DNA from: an uncultured delta proteobacterium
Lineage (GTDB): Bacteria; Desulfobacterota; Binatia; JACPRU01
Length of the DNA stretch: 64,000 nucleotides
Assembly: GCA_963790365.1 (NCBI GenBank)
Contig: CAWBOU010000052.1
Location: 13,339-77,338, forward strand
Direction of reading: 5' to 3'
The translations under genes were made by a program, and so were the position numbers. Position 1 is the first letter of the stretch. The number at the start of each line of letters is the position of its first letter. Under the pieces are notes generated by a model. That model searched no databases. It saw only the letters and a program-made list of their open reading frames with translations, and was not told where the DNA came from. Of the stretch, positions 1-9,294 are shown piece by piece.

Positions 1-118
1 GCGACGAGAGCGCCGTCTCGGACGCAACCTTTCGGTCCGCGTCCGTAGAGGAGGAGGACGAGCCGCAGGCAACGAGCGCGGCCGCGCAGAAGACCGCGAG
101 GAGCCGGGCGCTCCTCAT
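1..118 (-). CDS. lipoprotein, N-terminal fragment (gene continues past window start)
   Basis: ATG at 118..116 reads MRSARLLAVFCAAALVACGSSSS, a signal peptide with lipobox LVAC. ATGA overlap with the stop of the upstream gene. Confidence 0.5.
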   Translation of the reverse strand, partial: MRSARLLAVFCAAALVACGSSSSSTDADRKVASETALSS

Positions 119-783
119 GGCACGCTGTACGCGAGGATCCGGCTCAGCTGGCAGAGCGGCCGGCGGGTCTCCTTCCGCCAGGCGTTGAACGCCTGCTGAA
201 TCGCCGCGCGCTTCTCCTTCGTCGTCGGCTCACCTTTCAGCACCTTCGCGCGCCGCAGCGCTTTCAGCACGTCGGGCGTGAGGAGAAACGTGTCCTTGCC
301 GACCTCGCGGAGGAACACCGCCCCGGACCATCCGCCGAGCCGCGATCCTTCCTCGGCGAGCGTGTCCCAGAGGCCGAGGATGTCGTCGATCGGCCACGCG
401 GCGATCCACGCGCCGAAGCCGCCGTGAGCCTTCGCCGTCCGCAGGACCCACGCGGCGTTCGCGCGGACGCTCTCGATCTTCGCGCGGTGACGGATCACGC
501 GGGGATCGAGGAGCATCTCGTCGACCTCGCGGTCGCCGAGCGCGGCGACGATCTCGGGATCGAAGCCCGCGAACGCCTCCTCCATCCCCGGCCACTTGTA
601 GTCGACGATCTTCCACACGAATCCCGAGCGGAAGATCTGTTTCGCCATCGTCGAGAGGAAGACGTCGTCGGGCGTGTTCGCGAGCGCGGCGCGGCTTCGC
701 GCCTTCGGCAAGAGCTTCTCGAGCGCCTTCGCACCACCCTTTCGCTTGGCGGCGAGCGCTTCGATGGGAGCGAAGGGCGTCAC
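115..783 (-). CDS. tag: DNA-3-methyladenine glycosylase I family protein
   Basis: 222 aa. The stretch IFRSGFVWKIVDYKWPGMEEAFAGFDPEIVAAL...IRHRAKIESVRANA follows the Tag/HhH-GPD-like pattern. ATGA overlap with the upstream methyltransferase. Confidence 0.75.
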   Translation of the reverse strand: MTPFAPIEALAAKRKGGAKALEKLLPKARSRAALANTPDDVFLSTMAKQIFRSGFVWKIVDYKWPGMEEAFAGFDPEIVAALGDREVDEMLLDPRVIRHRAKIESVRANAAWVLRTAKAHGGFGAWIAAWPIDDILGLWDTLAEEGSRLGGWSGAVFLREVGKDTFLLTPDVLKALRRAKVLKGEPTTKEKRAAIQQAFNAWRKETRRPLCQLSRILAYSVP

Positions 784-1457
784 GATGGCGGGCGGCTCGC
801 TTCGATGACCAGGAGTACCGGTCGATCCCGGTGTTTCGCCGCGGAGGGAATCGCCTCGATGATGCGAGCGTCGACCCAGTACTCGTGCTGGCGGAGGTCA
901 CGGAAGCCGGCGTCGTTCATTGCGTTCAAAAAATCCTCGACGGTGTGACGCTCCGCGCCGAGACGATACTCGATGCCATCGACCTCGAAGTTCGCTTCGG
1001 CGCCGACGGTGGCGAGCTCGGGATGAAACGCGGAGAAGACGAGACGTCCGCCTCTCCGGAGCGCCGCGAAGGCGTCCCGGAAGAGAGCGCGGAGACTCGT
1101 GAGGTGCTCCGAGACGAGCGCGCAGAGGACGGCATCGAATGCCGCAGGATGGACGGGGAGCGCCACGTTCAAATCCGCCTGTGCCAGGGGTACGCCGGGC
1201 ATCGTGCGCCGCGCGACGCGGAGCATGCCGCGCGAGAAGTCGAGGCCGAGCGGCCGCGCGCCGGCCGCGAGGATTCCACGGAGGTGTCCCCCGGTGCCGC
1301 AGCCGGCGTCGAGGATCGCTTCGCCCGTGCGCGCGCAGAGGTGTCGCGACGTGTGCCGGCGGTCGAGCGCGACGAGTGGGTTCGCGGTCGCGTCGTAAGA
1401 CTCCGCCCAGCGGTCGTATCCGGCGCGGACGCCCGGTCTTGAGACTCGCTTCGTCAC
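780..1457 (-). CDS. class I SAM-dependent methyltransferase
   Basis: SAM-binding motif ILDAGCGTGGH. The ORF extends to 1499, but GTG at 1457 gives a GTGA overlap with the upstream stop, so I prefer that start. Confidence 0.8.
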   Translation of the reverse strand: MTKRVSRPGVRAGYDRWAESYDATANPLVALDRRHTSRHLCARTGEAILDAGCGTGGHLRGILAAGARPLGLDFSRGMLRVARRTMPGVPLAQADLNVALPVHPAAFDAVLCALVSEHLTSLRALFRDAFAALRRGGRLVFSAFHPELATVGAEANFEVDGIEYRLGAERHTVEDFLNAMNDAGFRDLRQHEYWVDARIIEAIPSAAKHRDRPVLLVIEASRPPS

Positions 1458-1804
1458 GTCGATCGTCCGTGAGCGCGGAGGAACGAAAGCTTGTCCCAAT
1501 AGCCGCGCTGAAAAATGATCTCGTCATCGCGCACATGGAAGAAGCCGCAGCCACGCAGGCCGAGGGGGTCGCGCCACTCAAGCATCGCCCACTCGCCGTC
1601 CTCGAAGAGGTTCTCGACGATGCAGACCATCTCCGCGGCGGCGAATCCGGCGGCGAACATTTCGCGGATCGCGGCGCGCCCGCGAACGGGCTCTTCCGCG
1701 ACCTGATGATTCACGGCGTCTTCTGCGTAGAAGGCGGCGAGCGCGTCGACGTCGCGCCGGTTGAACGCGGCGACCCAGGCTTCGACGATCTGCTTCGGTG
1801 TCAT
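1454..1804 (-). CDS. SnoaL-like / NTF2-fold protein
   Basis: 116 aa. N-terminus IVEAWVAAFNRRDVDALAAFYAEDAV is typical of SnoaL-like polyketide-cyclase-fold proteins. Confidence 0.7.
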   Translation of the reverse strand: MTPKQIVEAWVAAFNRRDVDALAAFYAEDAVNHQVAEEPVRGRAAIREMFAAGFAAAEMVCIVENLFEDGEWAMLEWRDPLGLRGCGFFHVRDDEIIFQRGYWDKLSFLRAHGRST

Positions 1805-1808
1805 CGCT

Positions 1809-3134
1809 TCAGCTCGCCGCGTAGAGACGCCATTCCCCCGGCACGCCCTTCAGCGCGTGGCTGCCGCGGTCGGCGAACTCGAGGCCCGAGCCGGTGACCA
1901 GATCGCGCACGGTGCTCGACACGAGGATCTCGCCGGCGCCGGCGAGCGAGACGATCCGCGCCCCGACGTGAACCGCGATCCCGCCGATCTTGTCCCCGGC
2001 CATCTCGCACTCGCCGGCGTGAATGCCGGTTCGTACCTCGAGCCCGAGCGCGCGCACGGCGCGGCGGATCTCGGCAGCGCAGCGGATCGCCCGCGCGGGC
2101 CCGTCGAACGTGACGAAGAAGCCGTCGCCGGCGGTGTCGATCTCGCGCCCGCGGAGACGGCCGACCTCGCGCCGGACGGCGCCGTAGTAGCGATCGAGGA
2201 GGCCGAGCCACTCGCGATCGCCCATCGCGGCCGCGCGCTCCGTCGAGCCGACGATGTCGGTGAACAGCACGGTCGCGAGCACGCGGTCGACCTCGGGCCC
2301 ACGGCGCGAGCCGGTGAGAAACTCCTCGACCGTGTCGAGGATCTCGTCGGCGTGCTCGGTCGCGAGCGTGCCGTCACGCCCGGGAATTTCCACGAACCGC
2401 GCGTCCGGAACGTGCTCGGCGATGTAGCGGCCGTGGGCGACTTCGCTCATCGCGTACGCGCTTCGCTGCAGCACGAGCGTCGGGCAACGGATCGCCGGCA
2501 GCAGGCTGCGCATGTCGAGGAGATGCGACATCGGCAGGTAGCTCGCGAGCTCGCGTGGGCGCGCCGCCGCACGCTGGTACCGCGCGAACCAGCGGCGGAA
2601 CTCGGGATCGTCCGATTTGCTCGGCGCGAGCAGCTCGACACTTTCCTCGCGTCCCCAGAGCTCGCCGAGCCGGTTCATCATCGCCTCGATCTCGGCAGTC
2701 GTGAGGCCGATCGGATAGTCGTCCGCCACCGCGTAGCGCGCCGTCGTGTTCGCGAGGACGAGCGCGCGAATCCGCTCGGGATGCGTCGCCGCGTAGAAGA
2801 GGGCCGGGGGTGCCGCATCGGCCCAGGCGAACACCGCGGCCTGCGTGGAGCCGACGGCGTCGAGCACCGCGCCGAGATCGTCGGCCTCGTCTTCCCACGT
2901 CGGCAGCGGCTCGAGCGGGATCGGGTCCGAGGCGCCGCACCCGCGCGGGTCGAGGAGGATCAGGCGGCTGAAGGAGGCGAGGCGATGGAGGAAGCGCGCG
3001 TGGAGCGGATCGCCCCAGCGGACGTCGACGTGAGAGAGCGTCCCGGTCAGGAGCACGAGGTCGGGACCATCGCCGACGACCTGATACGCGATGCGATCCG
3101 CGCCGAGCTCCGCGAATTTCGTCACGCCACCCAC
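1809..3134 (-). CDS. alpha/beta-hydrolase domain fused to class III adenylate/guanylate cyclase domain
   Basis: 441 aa. The N-terminal half is an alpha/beta-hydrolase fold. The C-terminal half has VLFTDIVGSTE...DTAGDGFFVTFDGP...GIHAGE cyclase catalytic motifs. Confidence 0.85.
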   Translation of the reverse strand: MGGVTKFAELGADRIAYQVVGDGPDLVLLTGTLSHVDVRWGDPLHARFLHRLASFSRLILLDPRGCGASDPIPLEPLPTWEDEADDLGAVLDAVGSTQAAVFAWADAAPPALFYAATHPERIRALVLANTTARYAVADDYPIGLTTAEIEAMMNRLGELWGREESVELLAPSKSDDPEFRRWFARYQRAAARPRELASYLPMSHLLDMRSLLPAIRCPTLVLQRSAYAMSEVAHGRYIAEHVPDARFVEIPGRDGTLATEHADEILDTVEEFLTGSRRGPEVDRVLATVLFTDIVGSTERAAAMGDREWLGLLDRYYGAVRREVGRLRGREIDTAGDGFFVTFDGPARAIRCAAEIRRAVRALGLEVRTGIHAGECEMAGDKIGGIAVHVGARIVSLAGAGEILVSSTVRDLVTGSGLEFADRGSHALKGVPGEWRLYAAS

Positions 3135-3167
3135 GACCGTAACGGATCGCGCGCGCGTCCAGCTCCG

Positions 3168-3602
3168 TCAAGGGGAGAGGACGGCGACGAGGAACACGAG
3201 AAACGCCGCGGTGCTCGCGATCGTGCGCACCGCGTGAAGGTTCGCCCACTGGGCGAGCAGCTCGCGGGCCTCGGCCGATCGCGGGTCGAGCGTCGGGTCC
3301 TTCAGCCGATCGTTCGTCGGCAGGATCGCGAACAGCGTGAAGGGAATGACGAACGCGAGGAGGGCGCCGCCGACGAGCCAATGGAGGCCGGCGGCGCTCC
3401 ACCAAGCCCAGAACGCCGCGAGCGAGCCGACGACGGCGAGCGACGCCTGCATCGGCGCGGCGCGCGTGTACATCGGCCGAAAGTACTGAACCGCGATCTC
3501 CGGCCCGAGAGCGAGCACCGCGGGCTGCTGCACGGCGCTGATGTAGATCGCCGCCCCGGCGAACACACCGGAGCTGGCGATGGCGACGAATTCGGCGATC
3601 AC
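3168..3602 (-). CDS. DUF1772 (anthrone-oxygenase-like) membrane protein
   Basis: 144 aa with 4 hydrophobic segments. Layout is typical of DUF1772 (recognised from memory, not searched). Confidence 0.6.
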   Translation of the reverse strand: MIAEFVAIASSGVFAGAAIYISAVQQPAVLALGPEIAVQYFRPMYTRAAPMQASLAVVGSLAAFWAWWSAAGLHWLVGGALLAFVIPFTLFAILPTNDRLKDPTLDPRSAEARELLAQWANLHAVRTIASTAAFLVFLVAVLSP

Positions 3603-3647
3603 GACGTCGCGGATCTTAGACGATCACGCGACGTCGATCACGCGAGT

Positions 3648-4196
3648 CTATTGCCCGCCGGCCATTCCCTCGCGGAGGATGCGCTGCGTTTCCGGCGAGA
3701 CGCTCCGGTAGGCGTCCATCATCTTGTCGCGATCCGCATCCGGCACGTTGCCGAGCTGGCGCACGGCGTCCGGGTTCTCGAGCGCCCACGCGCGCTCTTC
3801 CGGGGAGAGCTTGCCGAGCTCGTCCGCGTTCTCCATCAACTTCTGTTTCTCGCCGTCGGAAAGATTCTTGTACGTGTCGAGAAACTTCTTCCGTTCGCCG
3901 TCGGAGAGCGTTCCGAGCTGCTTCACCGCGTCGGGGTTGTTGAGTGCCCAGCTCCGCTCCGCGGGGCCGAGGTTCTGGAGCTCGCCGGCGTGCTCGCGGA
4001 CCATCGCCTTCTCCTCGGAGGAGAGGCTCTGGTACGTCTGCAGGAACTTGCCGACGTCTTCCTTCGGCATCTCGCCGAGCGCCTTGATCGCTTCCGGGTG
4101 CTCCATCAGCCACTGTCGCTCGGCGCCGTAATCCTGGGCGACCGCGGCGGACGAGAGGCAAAGTGCGGCGGCAAAGGAAATGGTGATCGTTCGCAT
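3648..4196 (-). CDS. secreted tandem-repeat protein (3 x ~54 aa), function unknown
   Basis: Signal peptide MRTITISFAAALCLSSAAVAQ. Three repeats of the form ER.W.L.NPDAVKQLG....D..KF.DTY..LS..EK. Confidence 0.7.
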   Translation of the reverse strand: MRTITISFAAALCLSSAAVAQDYGAERQWLMEHPEAIKALGEMPKEDVGKFLQTYQSLSSEEKAMVREHAGELQNLGPAERSWALNNPDAVKQLGTLSDGERKKFLDTYKNLSDGEKQKLMENADELGKLSPEERAWALENPDAVRQLGNVPDADRDKMMDAYRSVSPETQRILREGMAGGQ

Positions 4197-4336
4197 GGGC
4201 GTCGTCTCCCTGGTTTCGGAGCCTAGCGCGTTTCCCCGCGCTTCGCGCGATGAGACCGGTCACGATCTCGGCGTGACGAAAGTCACGTTCAGAGAATCGT
4301 TGAGCGGCGGCGCGGGCGCGACGTAGACTGGGCGGA

Positions 4337-5632
4337 ATGCGCCTCGCCGCGAGCCTCCTCGCACTCCACGCGCTCGCCTCCGGTGCCTCCGCCGAGCTCC
4401 TGCCCGGCGGCGTCCTCGGCAAGGAGAACTGGGAAGAGGCGAGGAACCTTCTGCCGGACGAGTTTCTCGAGTCGTACCGAAGCGGCGACTTCCGTCACGA
4501 GATCGGCCGCTGGACGACCGAGCGGCTCGACGCCGATCCGATCTTCGCCGAAGCGCTCGCGAAGAATCGCGGTCGCTACGATCTCGACGACAAGGGCTCG
4601 ATCATCGAGAAAGCGACCGGCAAGCCGCCCGGCCCGATCTTCGCGTGGCCGTTTCCCGACATCGATCCGAAGGACTCGAAGGCGGCGACGAAGATCGTCT
4701 GGAACTACTTCTACACGATGTACTACGGCGGCAACGGCCACTACCGCGCGGATTTGCTGTGGGTCCGCCGCGACGGCCTCGACCGCCAGATCAAGGTCGA
4801 CGCGTTCCAGAAATACTACGACGGCCAGCATCCGAAGTTCCGCACGACGGCCGAGCGCGAGGACATGCTCTCGCAGATGTTCTCCGAGGTGCTGTTCCCT
4901 CTCGACGTGGCCGGCATCCTCTCGCTCACGTGGCGCTATCGCGGCGCTGAACAGCACGACTCCGTGTGGTCGTACGTGCCGTCGCTTCGCCGCGTGCGAC
5001 AAGTGTCGTCCGCGAATCGATCGGACGGCTTCCTCGGCTCGGACCTCACGCAGGACGACGGCGCGTACTTCGACGGCAAGGTCGAAGACTTCAACTGGCG
5101 CCTCGTCGGCGAGCAGGATCTCCTCGTGCTTTTCGACAAGCCGTCGTTCACCGATCCGGCGAACCTCCAGCGGCTCGACGACGGTGGCTGGCGGATGGTC
5201 GTGCCCGGCAGCGCGCGCGTCGGCTTTCAGGTGCCGGGCTGGCAGGGCGTCGCCTGGTGCCCGGTGCAGGAGGTGCTCGTCCGGCGGCCGCACTGGGTGA
5301 TCGAGGCGGTGCCGAAGGATCCCTACTACCTCTTCGGCAAGATGGTCTTCCGCTTCGACAAGGACATCTACCTCGGCAGCTACAGCACGAAGTACGACTG
5401 GAAGGGCTCGCTGCTTTCCTCGTACGCCGCGATTCGTACGAACCTCGTGAAGGTCGCGCCCGGCGAGTACTGGGGCTGGGCGGGCGGCGCGGTCGCGCTC
5501 GCCGTCAACTGGAAGCTCGATCGCGCGACGGCGGCCGGCATCGCCGCCGGCGAGGACGTGCCGGCGGACTCGCGCATCCCGCTCTCCGCGGATCTCTTCT
5601 CGCTCCAGCGCCTCATGGCGAAGGGCCGATGA
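4337..5632 (+). CDS. DUF1329 family (LolA-like) envelope protein
   Basis: Signal peptide MRLAASLLALHALASGASA. Hallmark stretch WSYVPSLRRVRQVSSANRSDGFLGSDLTQDD. Confidence 0.7.
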   Translation: MRLAASLLALHALASGASAELLPGGVLGKENWEEARNLLPDEFLESYRSGDFRHEIGRWTTERLDADPIFAEALAKNRGRYDLDDKGSIIEKATGKPPGPIFAWPFPDIDPKDSKAATKIVWNYFYTMYYGGNGHYRADLLWVRRDGLDRQIKVDAFQKYYDGQHPKFRTTAEREDMLSQMFSEVLFPLDVAGILSLTWRYRGAEQHDSVWSYVPSLRRVRQVSSANRSDGFLGSDLTQDDGAYFDGKVEDFNWRLVGEQDLLVLFDKPSFTDPANLQRLDDGGWRMVVPGSARVGFQVPGWQGVAWCPVQEVLVRRPHWVIEAVPKDPYYLFGKMVFRFDKDIYLGSYSTKYDWKGSLLSSYAAIRTNLVKVAPGEYWGWAGGAVALAVNWKLDRATAAGIAAGEDVPADSRIPLSADLFSLQRLMAKGR

Positions 5633-6882
5633 CCCCCGCGATCACCTTCATCTTCATCACGCTCGTTCTCGACATGCTGGCGCTCGGCCTCATCGTGCCG
5701 GTGTTGCCGGGATTGATCGTCGAGTTCTCGGCGGGCGACACGGCGCGCGGCGCGGAGATTTTCGGGCTCTTCGCCACGGTCTTCGCGCTCATGCAGTTCC
5801 TGTTCTCGCCGCTCCTCGGTGTGCTGTCGGATCGCTATGGGCGCCGCCCGGTGATCCTGCTCTCGAACTTCGGGCTCGGACTCGACTACATCTTGATGGC
5901 GCTCGCACCGAGCCTTTGGTTTCTTTTCGTGGGCCGGGTGATTGCCGGAATCACCGCGGCGAGCTTTTCGATCGGCGGCGCGTACATCGCCGACGTGACG
6001 CCGCCCGAGAAGCGCGCCGCCGGCTTCGCCATCATGAACATCGCATTCGGGCTCGGCTTCATCGGCGGCCCGGCGTTCGGCGGGCTCCTCGGCGCGATCG
6101 ATCCGCGGATGCCGTTCTGGGTCGCCGCGGGCTTGAGCCTCGCGAACGGCCTCTATGGGCTCTTCGTGCTGCCGGAATCGCTGCCGCCGGAGCGCCGCTC
6201 GAACGTCTCGTGGGACCGCGCGAATCCGATCGGCTCGATCGGCCTCGTGCGCTCGCACCCCGAGCTCTTCGTGCTCGCGATCGTGACCTTCCTCGTGAAC
6301 ATCGCGCACGAGGCGCTGCCGACGGTCTTCGTGCTCTACGCGACCTACCGCTACGGTTGGGACGCGAGCACGATCGGGCTGTCGGTGGCGGTCGTCGGCG
6401 CGTGCGCGACGCTCGTCGGCGGATTCCTCGTGCGCCCCGCGGTCGCGCGCTTCGGCGAGCGCATGGTGATGATGTTCGGACTCTCGTGCGCCGCCCTGGG
6501 ATTCGCGATCTTCGGTTTCGCGTCGACGCCGGCGGTGTTCTGGATTGGCGTTCCCGTGAACGCGCTCTGGGGCCTCGCCGGCCCCGCGATGATGGGCTTC
6601 ATGTCTCGCCGCGTGCTCGCGACCGAGCAGGGCCAGCTCCAGGGCGCGCTCGGCAGCATCCGCGGCATCGCGTTCATGATCGGCCCCGTGCTCTTCACGC
6701 AGACGTTCTCGACGTTCATCGATCCGCAATTCGGGTGGCACGTACCGGGCGCACCGTTCCTCCTCGCCGGTCTGTTGATCCTCGTCGCTGTGATCCTCGC
6801 GCAGCGCGCGACGCGGCCCGAAGACATGGCGCGCGAGCCCGGCGCGCGATCAGCCGCGCTCGATCCGGTACTCCCGGAGTAG
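5629..6882 (+). CDS. MFS transporter, TetA/tetracycline-efflux-like
   Basis: Internal ATG at 5629 reads MTPAITFIFITLVLDMLALGLIVPVLP...LSDRYGRRPVIL, with 12 predicted TM segments. ATGA overlap with the DUF1329 stop. Confidence 0.85.
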   Translation: MTPAITFIFITLVLDMLALGLIVPVLPGLIVEFSAGDTARGAEIFGLFATVFALMQFLFSPLLGVLSDRYGRRPVILLSNFGLGLDYILMALAPSLWFLFVGRVIAGITAASFSIGGAYIADVTPPEKRAAGFAIMNIAFGLGFIGGPAFGGLLGAIDPRMPFWVAAGLSLANGLYGLFVLPESLPPERRSNVSWDRANPIGSIGLVRSHPELFVLAIVTFLVNIAHEALPTVFVLYATYRYGWDASTIGLSVAVVGACATLVGGFLVRPAVARFGERMVMMFGLSCAALGFAIFGFASTPAVFWIGVPVNALWGLAGPAMMGFMSRRVLATEQGQLQGALGSIRGIAFMIGPVLFTQTFSTFIDPQFGWHVPGAPFLLAGLLILVAVILAQRATRPEDMAREPGARSAALDPVLPE

Positions 6883-8040
6883 CGGCATCTTCGTCGCCAC
6901 GAGCGCGACGACGCCGAGACAGCCGAGCCCGCCGCTCACGACCGCGAAGACGGCGTTCGTCGCCGCGGCGACGAAGCCGGATTCGATCGCGCCGATCTGA
7001 TTCGAGGCGCCGATGAAGATGAAGTTGATCGAGGAGACACGCCCGCGGAGCTCGTCCGGGGTCGTGAGCTGGATGATCGTCGAGCGGAGCACGACGCTCA
7101 CCTGGTCGGCCATGCCGACGATCATGTAGGCCGCGACGGAGAGCGGGAACCAGCGCGAGAGCCCGAACACGATGGTGCCGAGCCCGAACACGGCGACCGC
7201 ACCGAGAAGGACGCGTCCGGCGTTCACGATCGGCGGCCGGAAGATCATGACTAGTGCCGCCGTCAGCGCGCCGAGCTCGAGCGAGGCGGAGAGGAGCCCG
7301 TAGCCGCGCGGGCCTACGTGAAGGATCTCGGCCGCGTAGATCGGCAAGAGCGCCGTCGCGCCGCCGAAGATGACCGCGAACATGTCGAGCGTCATGCACC
7401 CGAGCACGACCTGGTGGCTCCGCACGTAAGCGAGGCCTTCCTTGATCGCGATCCAGCGCACGCGGGCGCCCGGCATCTGCTTCTGCCGCGCGCGCACGAG
7501 CGTCAGCCCAACGACGGCGACGGTGATCAGCACGACCTGCGTGAGGTAGGCCGCGCTGATGCCCCATTCCGCGATCACGAGACCGCCGAGCGCCGGGCCG
7601 GTGACGAAGGCGAGCGCCTGATTGGTCGACGCGATCGTCACCGCGCGCGGGAAATACTCCCGCGAGACGATCGTCGGCAGGAACGCCGAGCGCGACGGGC
7701 TGTCGAACGAGTACGCGCACGACTCGATGAACACCGTGAGGTAGACGAGCCCGAGCGTCACGAGATCGTGCGCGGTGACGAGGTAGAGCGCCGAGCTCGC
7801 GAGGAGCGGCACGCCCTGCGCGAGCATCATCACGCGGCGGCGATCGTACGTATCGGCGACCGCTCCGCCGACGAGCGTCAGCCCGAGCGCGGGAATGAAC
7901 TGCACGAGACCGACGAGGCCGAGATGGAACGCCGAGCTCGAGAGCGCGAACACGTGCCACGAGATCGCCGCCCGGAACATCGTCATGGCGGTGCCGGCAC
8001 AGAACCGGCTCGCCAGATAGAACCGAAAGTCTCGGTTCAA
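6850..8040 (-). CDS. MFS transporter
   Basis: Polytopic, with ...FRFYLASRF...GGAVADTYDRRRVMM. Start is uncertain: TTG at 8040 (TTGA overlap with the DUF1499 stop) or ATG at 7986. The upstream 105 codons of the ORF are a shadow of the DUF1499 gene. Confidence 0.8.
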   Translation of the reverse strand: MNRDFRFYLASRFCAGTAMTMFRAAISWHVFALSSSAFHLGLVGLVQFIPALGLTLVGGAVADTYDRRRVMMLAQGVPLLASSALYLVTAHDLVTLGLVYLTVFIESCAYSFDSPSRSAFLPTIVSREYFPRAVTIASTNQALAFVTGPALGGLVIAEWGISAAYLTQVVLITVAVVGLTLVRARQKQMPGARVRWIAIKEGLAYVRSHQVVLGCMTLDMFAVIFGGATALLPIYAAEILHVGPRGYGLLSASLELGALTAALVMIFRPPIVNAGRVLLGAVAVFGLGTIVFGLSRWFPLSVAAYMIVGMADQVSVVLRSTIIQLTTPDELRGRVSSINFIFIGASNQIGAIESGFVAAATNAVFAVVSGGLGCLGVVALVATKMPLLREYRIERG

Positions 8041-8435
8041 GCCGAGCGCTGCTCGAACGCCGCCCGGATCTCCTCGATCCGCTTCCGGTTGACGCCGAGA
8101 TCGGAGTAGCCGAGCCGCGACGCGGAGCGAGCGTGGATCGTCGAACCGTCGACTTGGAACTCGACGTCGTCGACGAAACCGAGCAGCGCGGTCTCGAACT
8201 CGGCATAGAGGTAGTCCGGTCGGCTTTCGACGATCCGCGTGCGCGGCATCTTCTCGATGACCGTGCGGAGACGCTGCATGGCGGCGGCCGGATCTCCGGT
8301 GAATTTCAACGGCTCGATCGCGTGCGTCGCGTCCGTCGCGCGGCTCGAGACGCAATTCGGCGAGCTCGGGCAGGGTGCGAGCTTGCCGTCGCGGACGCCG
8401 AGATTCGTGGGTCGCTTGCCGGGGAATTTCAGCAT
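8037..8435 (-). CDS. DUF1499 domain protein
   Basis: 132 aa. LAPCPSSPNCVSS...YLYAEF...FVDDVEF...SASRLGYSDLGVNRKR matches the DUF1499 pattern. Confidence 0.65.
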   Translation of the reverse strand: MLKFPGKRPTNLGVRDGKLAPCPSSPNCVSSRATDATHAIEPLKFTGDPAAAMQRLRTVIEKMPRTRIVESRPDYLYAEFETALLGFVDDVEFQVDGSTIHARSASRLGYSDLGVNRKRIEEIRAAFEQRSA

Positions 8436-8451
8436 GGTCGGAGCTCCTCTT

Positions 8452-9294
8452 TCACTCGTACATCGCGCGCGTGGCGCGGCTCATGAAACGCACCTGGGCT
8501 CGCCGCGGCAGCAGGCGGTGCAGCACGAACGCGACGAGCCGATTCGTGCGACCGGCGATCCGCGTCGGGCCGTGGCCAATCGCGGCAAGAGCTTCGGTGA
8601 CGACGTGCGCGGGGTCCGCGAGGTTCCGGGCGCCGGCCGCCCCCTCGCGCGGCCGTGAGCCGAGGAAGCCCGGCGTGCGCGTGGCGCCCGGGCAGACGGC
8701 GAGCACGTCGACGCCGTGATCGCCGAGCTCCTCCCAGAGCACCTCGCCGAGCACGAGGTCGAACGCCTTCGTCGCCGCATAGGTGCCGACCATCGCCTGG
8801 CCCTGAAAGCCCGCGAGCGACGACATCACGATGATGCCGCCGCGCTTTCGCGCGGCCATGAGGCGGCCGAAGTGGTCGGCGAGCACGAGCAGGCCGCGGC
8901 AATTGACGTCGAGCATCGTAAGCTTCTTCTCGAGCGGGACGTCGAGGAAGCGGCCGACGATCGAAGCCGCGGCGTTGTAGACGAGAAGCCCGATTTCGAG
9001 AGCCGCGGTCGCTTCGACGATCTCCGTGAGCCCCCGCGCATCGGCAAGATCGACGACGCGCGCGATCGTCTCCACGCCGTGCTCGTCGGCGAGGCTCCGT
9101 GCAAGCGACTCGAGCGGGTCGGCGGCCTCGGCGATCATGAAGACGTTGAGGCCGCGCGCCGCGAGCTGCCGCGAATATTCGGCGCCCATGCCGAGCGAGG
9201 CGCCGGCCACGAGCGCCCAGGGACCGTACTTGGGAACGACCCCCCTCTCCCCCTTGGGGAGAGGGTCAGGGTGAGGGGGAGACTGTCGCGGCAT
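8452..9294 (-). CDS. SDR family oxidoreductase
   Basis: Rossmann motif ALVAGASLGMG plus an SDR catalytic region. I prefer the start at ATG 9294. The first ~15 codons (PHPDPLPKGERG) are encoded by the palindromic repeat element. Confidence 0.8.
   Translation of the reverse strand: MPRQSPPHPDPLPKGERGVVPKYGPWALVAGASLGMGAEYSRQLAARGLNVFMIAEAADPLESLARSLADEHGVETIARVVDLADARGLTEIVEATAALEIGLLVYNAAASIVGRFLDVPLEKKLTMLDVNCRGLLVLADHFGRLMAARKRGGIIVMSSLAGFQGQAMVGTYAATKAFDLVLGEVLWEELGDHGVDVLAVCPGATRTPGFLGSRPREGAAGARNLADPAHVVTEALAAIGHGPTRIAGRTNRLVAFVLHRLLPRRAQVRFMSRATRAMYE

Noticed and set aside
1761-4226. 821-aa plus-strand ORF spanning four minus-strand genes
   Set aside because: Arg/Ala/Glu/Pro-rich with no motifs. 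It is antisense to well-supported genes (cyclase fusion, DUF1772, repeat protein), which is typical of GC-rich shadow ORFs.
5380-8206. Long minus-strand ORFs 5380..6741 and 6716..8206
   Set aside because: Arg/Glu/Asp/His-rich shadows of the two MFS transporter genes.
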